NCBI GenBank assembly: GCA_951406725.2
Contig: OX597831.1
Coordinates: 31,124,001-31,188,000 of the forward strand
Direction of reading: 5' to 3'
Source of the DNA: Octopus vulgaris
Taxonomy: Eukaryota
DNA length: 64,000 bases
Of the stretch, positions 13,190 through 25,140 are shown in pieces; position 1 is the first letter of the stretch; each line of letters opens with the position of its first letter. The position numbers and the translations under genes are program-made. Under the pieces are notes generated by a model, which saw only the letters and a list, made by a program, of their open reading frames with translations, ran no database searches and had not been told where the DNA came from.

Positions 13190-14620
13190 TTCCCCTTGTG
13201 CAAGCAGGCTGTGTTTCTCTCTTCTCTCAAATTAAGTAATGGGTGTTGTGCCGCTAGTATAAAAAATATTTCATTGATGCAAAGATGGCATTTCTTGTTT
13301 TTTACATTGTACGAAAGTGCGGAGGCGAGGATTTTCTAAAACGAATTTATCATCTTTATGTTTTAGTTCCCAAATATATTTACTTAATCCGGTTGAGTTA
13401 ATCCTGTTTCTATTTCTGCGCCTAGTCTTCGTTTCATATCATTTTGGGTGGCTCATATGTACACAGACATGAAGGAAGTAAAAAGACACCTTAAATTTTC
13501 AAAAGTTCTGATCTGTCTTAATGTTTTCAGTGATGTAGAATTTACAATGTAATTGTTCTTTTTCATTCCAGATGCCATTATATTAAACATTTGCGAATAG
13601 TAACCATGTCACACACAAAAAATTCAGCAGAACTGTCAGATTTTTAGAGAAGATCGTATTGTTGGGCAATCTGAGACTGGTCTTATCCAGCGAAAAATTG
13701 CCAAAAATTTTCAAATTCCTCTTGCTACTCTTAATAGAATTATAGTGTAATACAAAAGCCAAGGAAAAGAATCAACAGATTCTTGTCCCGGCCGACCTGG
13801 GCCCTCGGAAAGGAAGCTTCGCTGTTGGAAGAGAATTGTGGAAAACGAACCCTGTTCGAAAGCTTCTGACATTGCAAAACAGCTTGAAGTTAGTCCAAGA
13901 ACGGGTATTATAGACGAGCATCTAGAAGACCTCCACAAGAAACAATCATAAACTCATCATTTCAATACCCAAAAAACTCTGAATTAAAAGCTGCAAAGGG
14001 AATGTCAACTAAATACTAAAGAATGTAGTGCTACCTATCGATTGCATTTCAGTTGTTCGCTTTGCGTATTAAATAAAAGATTTTGAAAATTCAAGATGTC
14101 TATTTACTTCCTGCATGTCTGTGTATATCCTTTTACTATACTGTGTTGTGACAGCGCACTGGTAAATTACATCTTTACTTTTACAACTATTTCCAAGGGC
14201 GCAATTATCTTTATTCCTACAGTCACATAGATTGTGCTGTAGGAAGGGGGGTTACTTTCTGGTGTGATAGTGCTAGGTCTATTAAGATTAATAGGGTTAT
14301 TATGGTTCCGATTGTTCCCTTTACTAAATCTGGGATGGTTATACGGTTTATTGTTTTTATTTTTACTATTACTGTTGTCGTTATTGTTGCTTCTCTTTGA
14401 ATAGGAAATGTCTAGTTTTTTTTTATTATTTAGGGAGGAAATGATGCTGGCTAAGCTATGCGAGAGACGATAACCTATCTTTATTACTTTCGAATACTTG
14501 CTATTCTGATCAAAGTGTTTATTTATAATATTAAATATTAGCTAAGTCGGTCTTTATTTGCATCGCATATGGGAGTATGAGCCAGTTAGTGACTCTCGTT
14601 TTACTGGTAATCCTGCCGAA
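13190..14620 (-). mobile_element. Decayed Penelope-like element ORF (linker + GIY-YIG), split by a Tc1 insertion
   Basis: Minus strand: WLILPYAMQIKTDLA..IINKHF..IKIGY; CDCRNKDNCALGNSCKSKDVIYQCAVTTQYSKRI|YI*ATQNDMKRR; NSTGLSKYIWELK; KILASALSYNVKNKKCHLCINE. Flanking extent is uncertain. Confidence 0.85.
13462..14123 (+). mobile_element. Internally deleted Tc1-like DNA transposon with TA target-site duplication
   Basis: About 43-bp imperfect TIRs (cacagacatgaaggaagtaaa.../...tttacttcctgcatgtctgtg). TA at 13460-61 and 14124-25. From ATG 13606 a broken N-terminal HTH reads ELSDF..RIVG..GLIQRKIAKNFQIPLATLNRII..GRPGPSERKLR..KRIV. No DDE domain. Confidence 0.9.
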
Positions 14621-14674
14621 CGACACATATTTATAGCTGTTAGAGTGATGCGTGTGGTGTATATGTTTATTATT

Positions 14675-14908
14675 AAGGCGGCGAGCTGGCAGAAACGTTA
14701 GCACGCCGGGCGAGATGCTTTGCGGTATTTCGTCTGCGGCTACGTTCTGAGTTCAAATTCCACCGAGGTCGACTTTGCCTTTCATCCTTTCGGGGTCGAT
14801 TAAATAAGTACCAGTTACGCACTGGGGTCGATGTAGTCGACTTAATCCATGTGTCTGTCCTTGTTTGTCCCTCTGTGTTTAGCCCCCTGTGGGTAGTAAA
14901 GGAATAAG
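14675..14908 (+). mobile_element. SINE family B
   Basis: Full match to 4186-4416. Flanked by duplicated gtatatgtttattatta (probable TSD). Confidence 0.92.
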
Positions 14909-15315
14909 TATATGTTTATTATTATTAGTTGTATTATCAAGGCTATGCGCATTAATACCGCCATTAGTGGTGCTAGGACTCGGTTTCTGCAGATAATGTT
15001 TTGAGTTATCACCTTGGTCTTCGTGATATGTCTAATTCCCCTCGTTATTTTATTTGATGTATTTCTGTTATTGCTATAATTCTTCTTAGTGTTGCTAGTT
15101 TCGATCCAGTTAGTGTCGTGTGCTATAAGCCTCTGTGCTTTATTACTTAGTTTAGATATATTTATATGTCCTGTATTATTGCAGTTAAAATTGTCAATGT
15201 TATTTCTATTCGTTGTATTCGTGTATGGGATATATTTAATTCTACCTCTGTAACCTGCATCTTTAATTGCCTTATCGCACTTATCTTTATGATTATTAAA
15301 TACGTCCTCATTAGA

Positions 15316-15357
<42 letters not shown>

Positions 15358-15359
<2 letters not shown>

Positions 15360-16323
15360 ATAATAAAAGGGTGAAATTAATTAATTAGGGATAATTATCA
15401 ATTACACCAAGTAGATTTCGGTATGTAAAAGCCCCATTCGAGGAAAATTTAAGTAATACTAAGTAATTAAGGGTTTAGCAACGAATTGCCTCACCAACAC
15501 ACCGAATTTAGAAATAGCAGTCAAAGAGATATAGCTATTCCTTCTACTAAAAGGGGGATCTCAGTAAAAACACAGCACTTAAAAGGCAAACACAGACAGG
15601 TAAGAAAGAAAGAATGAAATGACGGCAATCCATCATGCAATTTTAAGTTACCTACGGACGTACGTTTCGAGATCAAGTTTTAGGATATCATAAGAATTAG
15701 AAAATTCTACTTTACCCAGACTTCTTCTCTCATCGGCGCAGGATACTACAATTGTGAATAATTGTATATTAAATTTTGAGATACTAGAATGCGTCATCTC
15801 AACTCAGTGTCAGAGCGAGCCAAAGCATGACCAGTACCACGAAATTCAAAGTTTGAATGAAAGTTTGTGTCACCAGCCCCCTTCCACCCGCGTGCAGCCA
15901 AGACAAAATGCTGTGGTCATTTACTGGGATAAAATATGGTTATCAGTAATAATAAAAGGGTGAAATTAATTAATTAGGGATAATTATCAATTACACCAAG
16001 TAGATTTCGGTATGTAAAAGCCCCATTCGAGGAAAATTTAAGTAATACTAAGTAATTAAGGGTTTAGCAACGAATTGCCTCACCAACACACCGAATTTAG
16101 AAATAGCAGTCAAAGAGATATAGCTATTCCTTCTACTAAAAGGGGGATCTCAGTAAAAACACAGCACTTAAAAGGCAAACACAGACAGGTAAGAAAGAAA
16201 GAATGAAATGACGGCAATCCATCATGCAATTTTAAGTTACCTACGGACGTACGTTTCGAGATCAAGTTTTAGGATATCATATGTGTTGGTGAGGCAATTC
16301 GTTGCTAAACCCTTAATTACTTA

Positions 16324-16327
<4 letters not shown>
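15358..16327 (-). mobile_element. Non-coding hammerhead-bearing element in (TA)n: 1.57 copies of a 589-bp unit plus a 46-bp inverted end (retrozyme-like or PLE partial tandem)
   Basis: 15358-15692 is identical to 15947-16281. 16282-16327 is the reverse complement of about 15456-15501. Hammerhead at 15651-15742. Confidence 0.85.
15651..15742 (-). ncRNA. Type I hammerhead ribozyme motif (core CCGAUGA, long loop II, palindromic stem III)
   Basis: cctgcg-CCGATGA-gaga...tctc-GAAA-cgtacg-TC-cgtagg. Stem I is 6 bp with one G-U, stem II is gaga/tctc, stem III is ACGTACGT, triplet GUC. Predicted cut between 15657 and 15656. Confidence 0.75.
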
Positions 16328-16377
<50 letters not shown>

Positions 16378-16397
16378 AGATATAGATATATATATAG

Positions 16398-16453
<56 letters not shown>

Positions 16454-16639
16454 TGTTTGGAACGTCAGACTTCCTATACCATCTTCAATTCTTTTAAACC
16501 TTCACAGTCACGTCTGCAAAAATTTCGTGCTGCTGACATGTATTGCTGCTTTTTACAGAAGCTAGAACCAATATGTTTGATTCCACTGTATATCAACTTT
16601 ATGGTTGCCATATCAGTTTTTCCTGTTATTTCAGCAATC

Positions 16640-16990
16640 AGGTGTTAAGCTTTGTTTCTGACTATAAAGCAATGTCCGTGTGTTTATTTTGGCATTAGAT
16701 TGTTTTATTGCTTCTATCAGTAATGGTCTATTATGGAAGTCTCTCTGGTGTGTTCATAAGCGTTGTGTACTAATGTTGCATTAACTGTGTTTGTTTTTAG
16801 GGTGTGTGTTGTAGTGCATTGCAGTTGCTTCTTTGTTGTAAGTCTATGGTGTTCTGACTGATTAGTAACGTGCTTGTATAGCTAATCCAATAATTAGTAA
16901 CATGAAGTTTAAAGTTTCCACCTTGGCAATCGTATTTATAAATTACATTGTCCAATGATAGTTGATCCGCGGGTTTATACGACTTGTGGT
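16640..16990 (-). mobile_element. Highly decayed PLE GIY-YIG remnant
   Basis: DNVIYKYDCQGG..NY/IG and RPLLIEAIKQSNAKINTR, with frameshifts. Confidence 0.4.
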
Positions 16991-17023
16991 TCGATATCGC
17001 TAATGTTTTTGTAGTATATCATT

Positions 17024-17485
17024 GGAGGTTGCGTGACCGAGTGGACAGAGTGATGGACTTACGATTGCGAGAACATGGTTTCGATTCCCGGATCGGGAAT
17101 ACACATTATTGATAAGGCAAATCGTAACCGAAGTGCAAGTCTGACATTCTCGCTAACCACTGCCGAGACGACTTTTGTCTCTCTGATACGTGTATATCGT
17201 GGTTATGCTGTTGCACTCTCGATCGCTAGATTGTGGGTTGGAATCCCGGACCCGGTGCCGTCTTTTATTCTTGAGCAAAACACCTCATTTCACGTTGTTC
17301 TGTGATCACTTCGACACCAAACTTGTGGCACATTATGCACCTACGGAAGTAATGTCCATTTGATAGAGACAGTGAGCTAATGCACAGCACAAACATCTGA
17401 TCACTATAAGCTAATCATCCGTGAAGGTTATTCTGCAAGAAATTGCAAAGCTTTCATCAGCGGGCTACAACAGGAGAGTCCACAA
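17024..17485 (+). mobile_element. Old tRNA-derived SINE(s) with two tRNA-like heads (17024-17097 and from about 17198)
   Basis: A/B-box-like gtgaccgagtgg...ggtttcgattcc; second head gtggttatg...gggttggaatcc followed by cttgagcaaaacac. Confidence 0.6.
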
Positions 17486-17831
17486 ATACATCATTAATAT
17501 TAATTCATGGTTTGTTATAATGGATTTCCGTTCTGTTCTATGACGCTTTTGAAGAAAGTGTTTATCTATTCTCCTGTTAGTATGTATTTGATTCATATCA
17601 TACGCATCAAGCAGTTTGAGAATTTATATCTGTGCTGTCTGATGTGTATGTTTTCCTGTATTTTATTTTATCTTTAATGTTCTTCAGTGAACTGGTCTAC
17701 TTATGTATAAACATATGGACATATGTGCGTGGGTGTATACATATGTTTATACATATTTGTACATATGTATGTATGCATATGAATACATTGTATACATGTG
17801 TGTGAGTATAAGTATTTGTGTATGTATTATT

Positions 17832-18020
17832 TTATTCTTTTACTTGTTTTTGTCTTTAGACTTCGACCATGCTGGAGCACTGTCTTGATGACATTCAGTT
17901 AAATGGATCAATACCTGGCACTTATTCAAACAGATTTCTTTTACCTACCGCTAAGTTACGGGGACGTAAACAAACCAGCTATAGTTGCCAAGCTGTCGTG
18001 AGTGACGAACAAAAACACAG
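17832..18020 (-). mobile_element. SINE family A, 3' half
   Basis: ccatgctggagcac, ctaagttacggggacgtaaacaaaccag; continues into an expanded (TACA)n tract. Confidence 0.75.
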
Positions 18021-18140
18021 TCATACATACATACATGCATACATACATACATACATACATACACACACACATACATACATACATACATACACACACACAT
18101 ACATACATACATACATACATACATACATACATACATACAT

Positions 18141-18171
<31 letters not shown>

Positions 18172-18283
18172 TACATACAAACATACATACATACATGCAT
18201 GCATGCATACATACATACATACATACATACATACATACATACATACATACATACATACATACATACATACATACATACATACA

Positions 18284-18317
<34 letters not shown>

Positions 18318-18331
18318 CATACATACATACA

Positions 18332-19790
18332 TTCCAACCCACAAGCATTATGCAGAGAGATGAGGAAGAAAAATATTACCATTAAGAAAGCTCCCTCCCA
18401 AGAAAATCTACAATCATTCTGGTCAAAAATTTGGAACGTAAACAGGGATTTCAACTTGAATGCATCATGGTTAAATACAATTGAGAGAGAATACTGTACC
18501 AACACTAACAGTAAAACATACAAAATTAGTTCAGAAACCTTCACTATGGCAGTAGGCAAACTTCAGAATGGGAAGTGCACCTGGAAGGGACCTAATTGTC
18601 GGATATTGGTACAAAAAGCTGACATTTTATAGAAACCAATTGATATGTATGTGCAACAGGACTATGGAAGGTCAGACTGATATACCACAATGGCTTGCTA
18701 CATCAAGGACAAATCTTGTTGCCAAAAATGAAATCACCGAGATGGCAGGAAACTACAGGCCCATTGCTTGCCTAAACATTATGTACAAATTATACAAAAG
18801 TTGCCTCAACCAATTCCCCCAGGACGATTGTGAGTCGAACAGCATTGTGATTGATGAGCAGGCTGGTGGAAAGAAGGGAGTGTGGGGATGTGCCGAACAA
18901 CTTTGAATAAACAAAGCTGTATTGTCTGAAGTAAGAAAACAATGCAGAAACCGCCTGACTGTGTGGCTTGACTATAAGAAGGCATTCGACTCTATCCTTC
19001 ATTCATGGCTTATGAAGTGCCTACATCTGGCAAAGGTACGCATTACATTATTGCTGCTATAGAGAGACTCACAAAAACATGGACAATTATTTTTACCCTT
19101 ACAACTGAGAACAGAATGATTGTTTCTGATACTACAGGTATTTCAAAGGGAATATTCTAGGGAGATAGTCTTTCTGTACTTTTTTCATTTTGGCACTGAA
19201 TCCATTATCGTTCCTCCTGCAGAAAACAAATGGTTCTGTGCATCTTCAACTGCCAGAAATATTAATGGATCTCATAATTTCTTTGTAGACGACCTGAAGA
19301 TTTATACTAAAAGTGTTAACAATGCCAAAAAAACAACTAGAATTAATAACATTTACGGCTGATATAAGCATGGAATTTGACCAAAAGAAATGTGTGTATT
19401 TGGTTATAAAACGAGGAAAGTCAGTCCCCCAAACCCCAAACTTGTGCATCAACGGTCTCTCTTTCTCCCCCATCCCACACAAAGAATGTTACAAGTACCT
19501 AAGCATAGACGAAAATGTGTCAGATGATAGAGTGACCCGAGATAGACAGAGTGATCCGAGAGTATTACACAAGACTTAGGAAAATATGGCAATCGGAACT
19601 CTCTTCTTACAACAGAACAATATCCCACAATGGATTTTCAGTACTAGTAGTGATCCCAACATTTGGGATACTTGATTGGTCTGCAGAGGAAACTCACCCC
19701 ATAAATATCAAAACCCGCAAAGTCCTGACAACAATTGGGAACTTCCACAGAAATAGGGTTGTTGACAGGCTCTACCTAAGAAGAAAGGAC
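18332..19790 (+). pseudogene. R4/Dong-clade non-LTR retrotransposon reverse transcriptase remnant
   Basis: FWSKIW; APGRDLIVGYWYKKL; NYRPIACLNIMYKL; EQAGGKKGVWGCAEQL*INKA; VWLDYKKAFDSILHSWL; FVDDLKIY; YKYL; DRLYLRRK. Stops and frameshifts present; truncated at both ends. Confidence 0.88.
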
Positions 19791-20096
19791 ACGTTGGAGA
19801 ACGTAACCTTACCTCTCAGAAGGTGAGATGGTTACAGTTACTATGTCTTTTGATCAGAGGCGGACTTAATTAGAGATAACCTTTGATCAAACAACAGCTA
19901 TATGAATACACATGTGAATACGTGTGTCCTAACACATATGCATACACGTGCACATTACAGTAAAAGGCAAACCACACAGAGGGAAAACTGAAGTAACCCG
20001 GTAAATCGTGTGAAAATCTGTTGTTTCAATCCTATCAGTCTGATAATCTTCATACTATAATATCAGATGGATTCAACCCGAACTTATACTTATATT

Positions 20097-20250
20097 ATAG
20101 GCGTGGCTTCGGTGATAAGAAGTTTTCTTCACAATCACACGGTTCAGGTTTCGGTGTCACTGCGTGGAATTTAGGCAAGTGTTTTCTGTTATAGCTCCGC
20201 GCCAACCAAAGACTCGTGAGTGTATATGGTACAGGGAAACTTAAAGAAGT
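20097..20250 (+). mobile_element. SINE family A, 5' half, diverged
   Basis: ataggcgtggct...cactgcgtggaatttaggcaagtg. Confidence 0.7.
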
Positions 20251-20315
20251 ATAGTGTGATTTGTGAAATATTTGACCTCTATTGCTAGCATGTCGAATAA
20301 TAACGGAGGGACCTC

Positions 20316-20757
20316 TTTTACTTGTTTTAGTCAATGGACTGCGGCCATGTTAAGGCACCACTTTAAGAATTTTAGTCGAACAGATGACCCCCACCCCATC
20401 CTACCCCACCACCGCCAAGTACATTTTTCCCAGGTCTAAGTCTTTCTTTCGCTAGACTTCTAAGTTGCAGGGATGTAAACAAAACAACACCGGTTGTCAA
20501 GTGGTGGTGGGAGCAAACACAATGTCATATATATATATATATATGTGTGTGTGAGAGAGAGAGTGCGTGTGTGTGTGTGTGTTTGTGTGTGAGTACGATG
20601 GGCTTCTAAACAGTTTCTACCGAACCCAATTCTCGAGCAAGACATTGATCTGGCCGGAGCTTTTGTAGAAGACAAGGTGCTGCGCCGTAAAACTGAAACA
20701 GAAATCACGTGGCTGCAAAACAAGTTTCTTAACTACACAGCTACGCTTGTGCCTGTA
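20316..20757 (-). mobile_element. SINE family A, diverged full-length copy
   Basis: ttttacttgttttagtcaatggactgcggccatg (tail) through cacagctacgcttgtgcctgt (head). Confidence 0.75.
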
Positions 20758-20910
20758 TACAATCATGCTTGCCTCTATACACAGCCATGCTTGCACCTAT
20801 ACATAACCTTGCCTGCATCTATACACAGCCATGATCACAACTATGGATCTATATTCGGTCATGCCTGCAGTTATACACAGCCTTGCCTGCGCCTATGCAC
20901 AGACATGCGT
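20733..20910. repeat. About 22-bp minisatellite (about 8 degenerate units, ctatacacagccatgcttgcac-like)
   Basis: Recurrent tatacacagcc(a/t)tgc(c/t)tgc units adjoining the SINE head. Confidence 0.75.
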
Positions 20911-21298
20911 ATTATATACGTACGTATGTTTGGTAATTTCTGTTCAGCTATTCTGATAGACAAAAAATCAAAAATAGTCAATACACAAGTTTCAGATGAT
21001 CGAACTTCGAATTTCTTTGAGCAAAAAAGCAAAACGTAAAAACGAAAAGAGAACTTTACATTATATTCTTGCCTTCCTTAAAATGTATGGCTTTTTTCTT
21101 CTTACAAAAGAAACCAATGTTATTGATGCCACGAAAGAAACGGAAATAAGAAAGCTTAAGATCTTCAAGTACCGATTCCGAATCACACTTTTGATTCTCA
21201 GTTTAACTTATTTCATTTCCGTTGTTTACAGCCTTTTGGTGAGGTCTGAACACGACAAATTCGAACATATTATCTTTACTAGTATGTGTTTGTGTGTG

Positions 21299-21354
<56 letters not shown>

Positions 21355-21417
21355 TCTGTCTCTGTGTGTGTATGCGTGTATTTGTGGAATGTATGGATAT
21401 ATGTATATAAATATATA

Positions 21418-21449
<32 letters not shown>

Positions 21450-21899
21450 AGTTTTATATATAATAAAATCGTTCAATGAGAAGATGCCTCTTATCAGTAG
21501 AAAACTTTTTGTTTTTGCTGAACAGCGAAATAGTATTTTACAAACCTGTACAATGTTCAATCTCTAGAAATTCTGAAATATTTAAATAAAAAACATCCTA
21601 TTTCTGGGGCATAAACACTAACAATATTGAGTATATCATGTACGTTTAAAAAAAGGAAGTCCTTTGTTAAATATTTTGTTTGTTGCGCCTATAATGGAAG
21701 ACTGTCCAGTATGCAATAAATAGTTAGACATTTCCAAGCAAAAGTGAAATTTGCTTTATTAACCGCACCATATATCCACAATGTTGCCATAGATCGGTCA
21801 TCTTCCGTGAAATAATATTTTAAGATAACTAGCGGTAGATCTGTCACAAACAGATGAAAATGTTTTAAATTGTTAACGTGGTTCGCATATCTTTGCTTT

Positions 21900-22140
21900 A
21901 GTTTTACATGTTTCAGCCATTAAAATGTTACTATTTTGGAGCACCACCTTCGAAAGTTTTAGTCGAACAGATTGACACCGATATTCTTCTTTTTTTTTTG
22001 TGCTTATTCTATTTGTCACTTGTGCAGAACAGCTACGTTACAAGAACGTCAACAAACCAACACTTGCAGCCAAGTGGTGCGAGGGGGACAAGTGCAGGCA
22101 CAAAGTCATAAACACAAACACACATACATACACACGCACA
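21900..22140 (-). mobile_element. SINE family A, 3' half, diverged
   Basis: tttacatgtttcagccatt...ggagcaccacctt...ttagtcgaac. Confidence 0.65.
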
Positions 22141-22201
22141 AAAGCTTATACAAACATACATACGTACGTACATACATACATACATACATACATACATACA
22201 T

Positions 22202-22232
<31 letters not shown>

Positions 22233-22301
22233 TACATACATACATACATACATACATACATACATACATACATACATACATACATACATACATACATACA
22301 C

Positions 22302-22622
22302 ACGCGTGGCTTAGAGGCTAGGGACATTCGGCTCATGATAGTAAGGTCGTGTGTTCAATTCCTGGCGACGTGTTGTGTCCTTGAGCAAAAGACTTTATTT
22401 CACGTTGCTCCAGTCCAGTCAGCTGGCAAAAATGAGTGGTACCTGTATTTCAAAGGGCCGGCCTTGTCGTATTCTGAGTCATGCTGAATCTTCTCGAGAA
22501 CTACGTTAAGGGTACACGTGTTTGTTGAGTGCTCAGCCACTTTCACGTTAATTTCACGAGCAAGCTGATCCGTTGTTCGCATCAGCTGGGACCCTCGTCG
22601 TCGCAACCGATGGAGTGTTCCT
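22302..22622 (+). mobile_element. SINE family C
   Basis: tRNA-like head, ttgtgtccttgagcaa box; body is homologous to 3908-4641 and 56486-56651. Confidence 0.85.
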
Positions 22623-22655
22623 CTACATACACACACATATACACAAACACACACA

Positions 22656-22766
<111 letters not shown>

Positions 22767-22790
22767 ATACATACACATACAAATATATAT

Positions 22791-22912
22791 AGGTACGTTG
22801 GTGCAAACAGGAAAAACAGAAGTCAAAATATGAGTATATGTATATTTTTATTAATATTGAGCAGAAGCTACAAAGTGACTCAAGGTCCGAGAGTTTCGTG
22901 CGTTGGAACTTT
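22791..22912 (-). mobile_element. Putative PLE terminal fragment in (TA)n, truncated inside a hammerhead
   Basis: Minus strand gcac-GAAA-CTC-tcggacctt-GAG-TC (stem III ACTC/GAGT, GUC triplet). No 5' core. TA repeats on both sides. Confidence 0.45.
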
Positions 22913-22935
22913 TATATATATATATATATATGTGT

Positions 22936-23005
<70 letters not shown>

Positions 23006-23398
23006 AATTATTAAATAATAAAGAGTATGGAGAAGTGTACATCCGCAAAATTTATTTTATAATTTTATACAGCATATTATCATATAATGATCTACATGTG
23101 TTTCCGCTGCAGCGGCCACTCACGGTTGCAAATACAACCTTGAATTATAGCCTACATTCAGTTTTTTTCCTGTTTTTAAAATTTCGTATGTAAATAAATG
23201 TTTAGCTTATTCATTTCTGTTATTCGTTGACAATCAACAAAACGTGGAATAACCAAGTTGCAATTTGTAAAGTTTCAGCATTGAGCTTCATGAAACACAC
23301 GCAAATACGCCGTTGATTTTGTTTACGAGTTGAAAACTGGGCAGGGACCAAACTTCGTAACATCGAAATGAATATTCCATATTTTCGTGTGCGACCTC

Positions 23399-23727
23399 AT
23401 TGATTGATTGATTGATTGATTCTAGTTTCAGCTCACGAGCTGTGGCCATGCTGGGGCACCGCCATTTGATGTTGCTACATGGTTTTACTTCACGAATGCT
23501 TTTTAGCAACTGCCATTTGGTGCATGAGAGAGTTCGATGCAGCAGCCCTCATCTGCACCTCCTGCCGTGAAGTTGGTTCATCTGGGATACCTGACAAGAA
23601 GAGATCCAGTTTCATTTTAAAGACATCTGCATCCACCCCATGCAGGTCTCTTAGGTTCTTCGGGAGGATATTGAAGAGCTGTGGGCCTCGGAAGCCCAGG
23701 CTATCACAGCATCTTGTCCTACATTGT
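23399..23727 (-). mobile_element. 3' end of CR1-group LINE family 1 with (ATCA)n tail
   Basis: Highly similar to 32700-33010 (CDSLGFRGPQLFNILPKNLRDLHGVDADVFK). Confidence 0.9.
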
Positions 23728-23971
23728 TAACTAGTTCCAATTATGTGAGGGAGCTGATACGTTATTAGGGTGCTGATACATTATTCGGCGATCATCCCCA
23801 TGGATGAGATCACGATCATTTTTTCTTTCACGCTTTCTAGCATTTTAATTGAAACTGCTCATCCTGAAAATTTCACTGTTATGAAGACACACGTACGATT
23901 TGAAATGTATGTGCACCTCAATAAAATTCAATTCGAAATAAAGAACCTTTTCTTAATATTTTACTGAGGTA

Positions 23972-24138
23972 AAGGCGTAAGAGTGGTTGTGTGGTATGTA
24001 GCTTGTTAACCAACCACATGGTTCCGGGTTCAGTCCCACTGCGTGGCACCTTGAGCAAGTGTCTTCTACTATAGCCGCGGGCCGACCAAAGCCTTGTGAG
24101 TGGACTTGGTAGACAGAAACTGAAAGAAGCCCGTCGTA

Positions 24139-24217
<79 letters not shown>

Positions 24218-24392
24218 GAGTGTATATGTTTGTGTGTCTGTGTTTGTCCCCCCAACATCGCTTGACAACCGATGCTGGTGTGTTTACGTACCCGTAACTT
24301 AGCGGCTCGGCAGAAGAGACCGATAGAATAAGTACTAGGCTTACAAAGAATAAGTCCTGGGGGGCGATTTGCTCGACTACAGGCGGTGCTCC
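23972..24392 (+). mobile_element. SINE family A, tail truncated at ggcggtgctcca, then (AGAGTA)n
   Basis: Direct match to the family consensus. Confidence 0.9.
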
Positions 24393-25056
24393 AAGAGTAA
24401 GAGTAAGAGTTCTCCCAAGCGCATTTGCTAAGATACAGCAAAATTTCATGTAGGGACAGTTCTTGAATTTGTCAGCCTCAGTAAAAATAGCAAAGCTGTT
24501 CCAACACGACTCGAATAGATAGTACGAAGCCTATTTGTAGACGGACTCAGCATGATGACTATCAAGGATTGTTTGTTGTGCACGCATTTCCGTTGAACCG
24601 TACAATCACAGCAGGTGCATACCGGAAGATTTGTGATCTGAAAACATCTCGTGTGTGCATATGTGTATGTACATAGGTACACAGATTACATATATACATA
24701 CACACACACACATATAAATATACATACATGCATACACACACACGCACACACACATATATATATATATATATATGTATGTATATACAATATATACATACAT
24801 ACATATGAATATGTGTGTGTATGTATGTATGTATGTATATAAACATATATATATAGAGAGAGATATAAATAGATAGAGAGATACATACACACACACATAT
24901 ATATACATACATATATATACATATATATATATTCATATATGCAGGTGGATGTATATTTATTCATTATTGTATATACATACACTTATGTGTACGTGTGTGT
25001 ATATATATATATATGAGCGTGTTTGTGTGTGTATGTGTGTCTGTGTGTACGTGTGC

Positions 25057-25098
<42 letters not shown>

Positions 25099-25102
25099 CT
25101 GT

Positions 25103-25140
<38 letters not shown>

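Noticed and set aside
10610-13190. Purine-skewed AT-rich stretch around the SINE, possibly decayed retroelement sequence or PLE 3' UTR
   Set aside because: No interpretable motifs recovered manually.
20733-20910. CRISPR-like appearance of short periodic repeats
   Set aside because: No unique spacers, no cas genes, eukaryotic context; explained as a minisatellite.
24446-24638. Cys-containing frame (ITNLPVCTCCDC...) after a tttcag acceptor-like site on the minus strand
   Set aside because: No recognisable domain, partner exon or other support.
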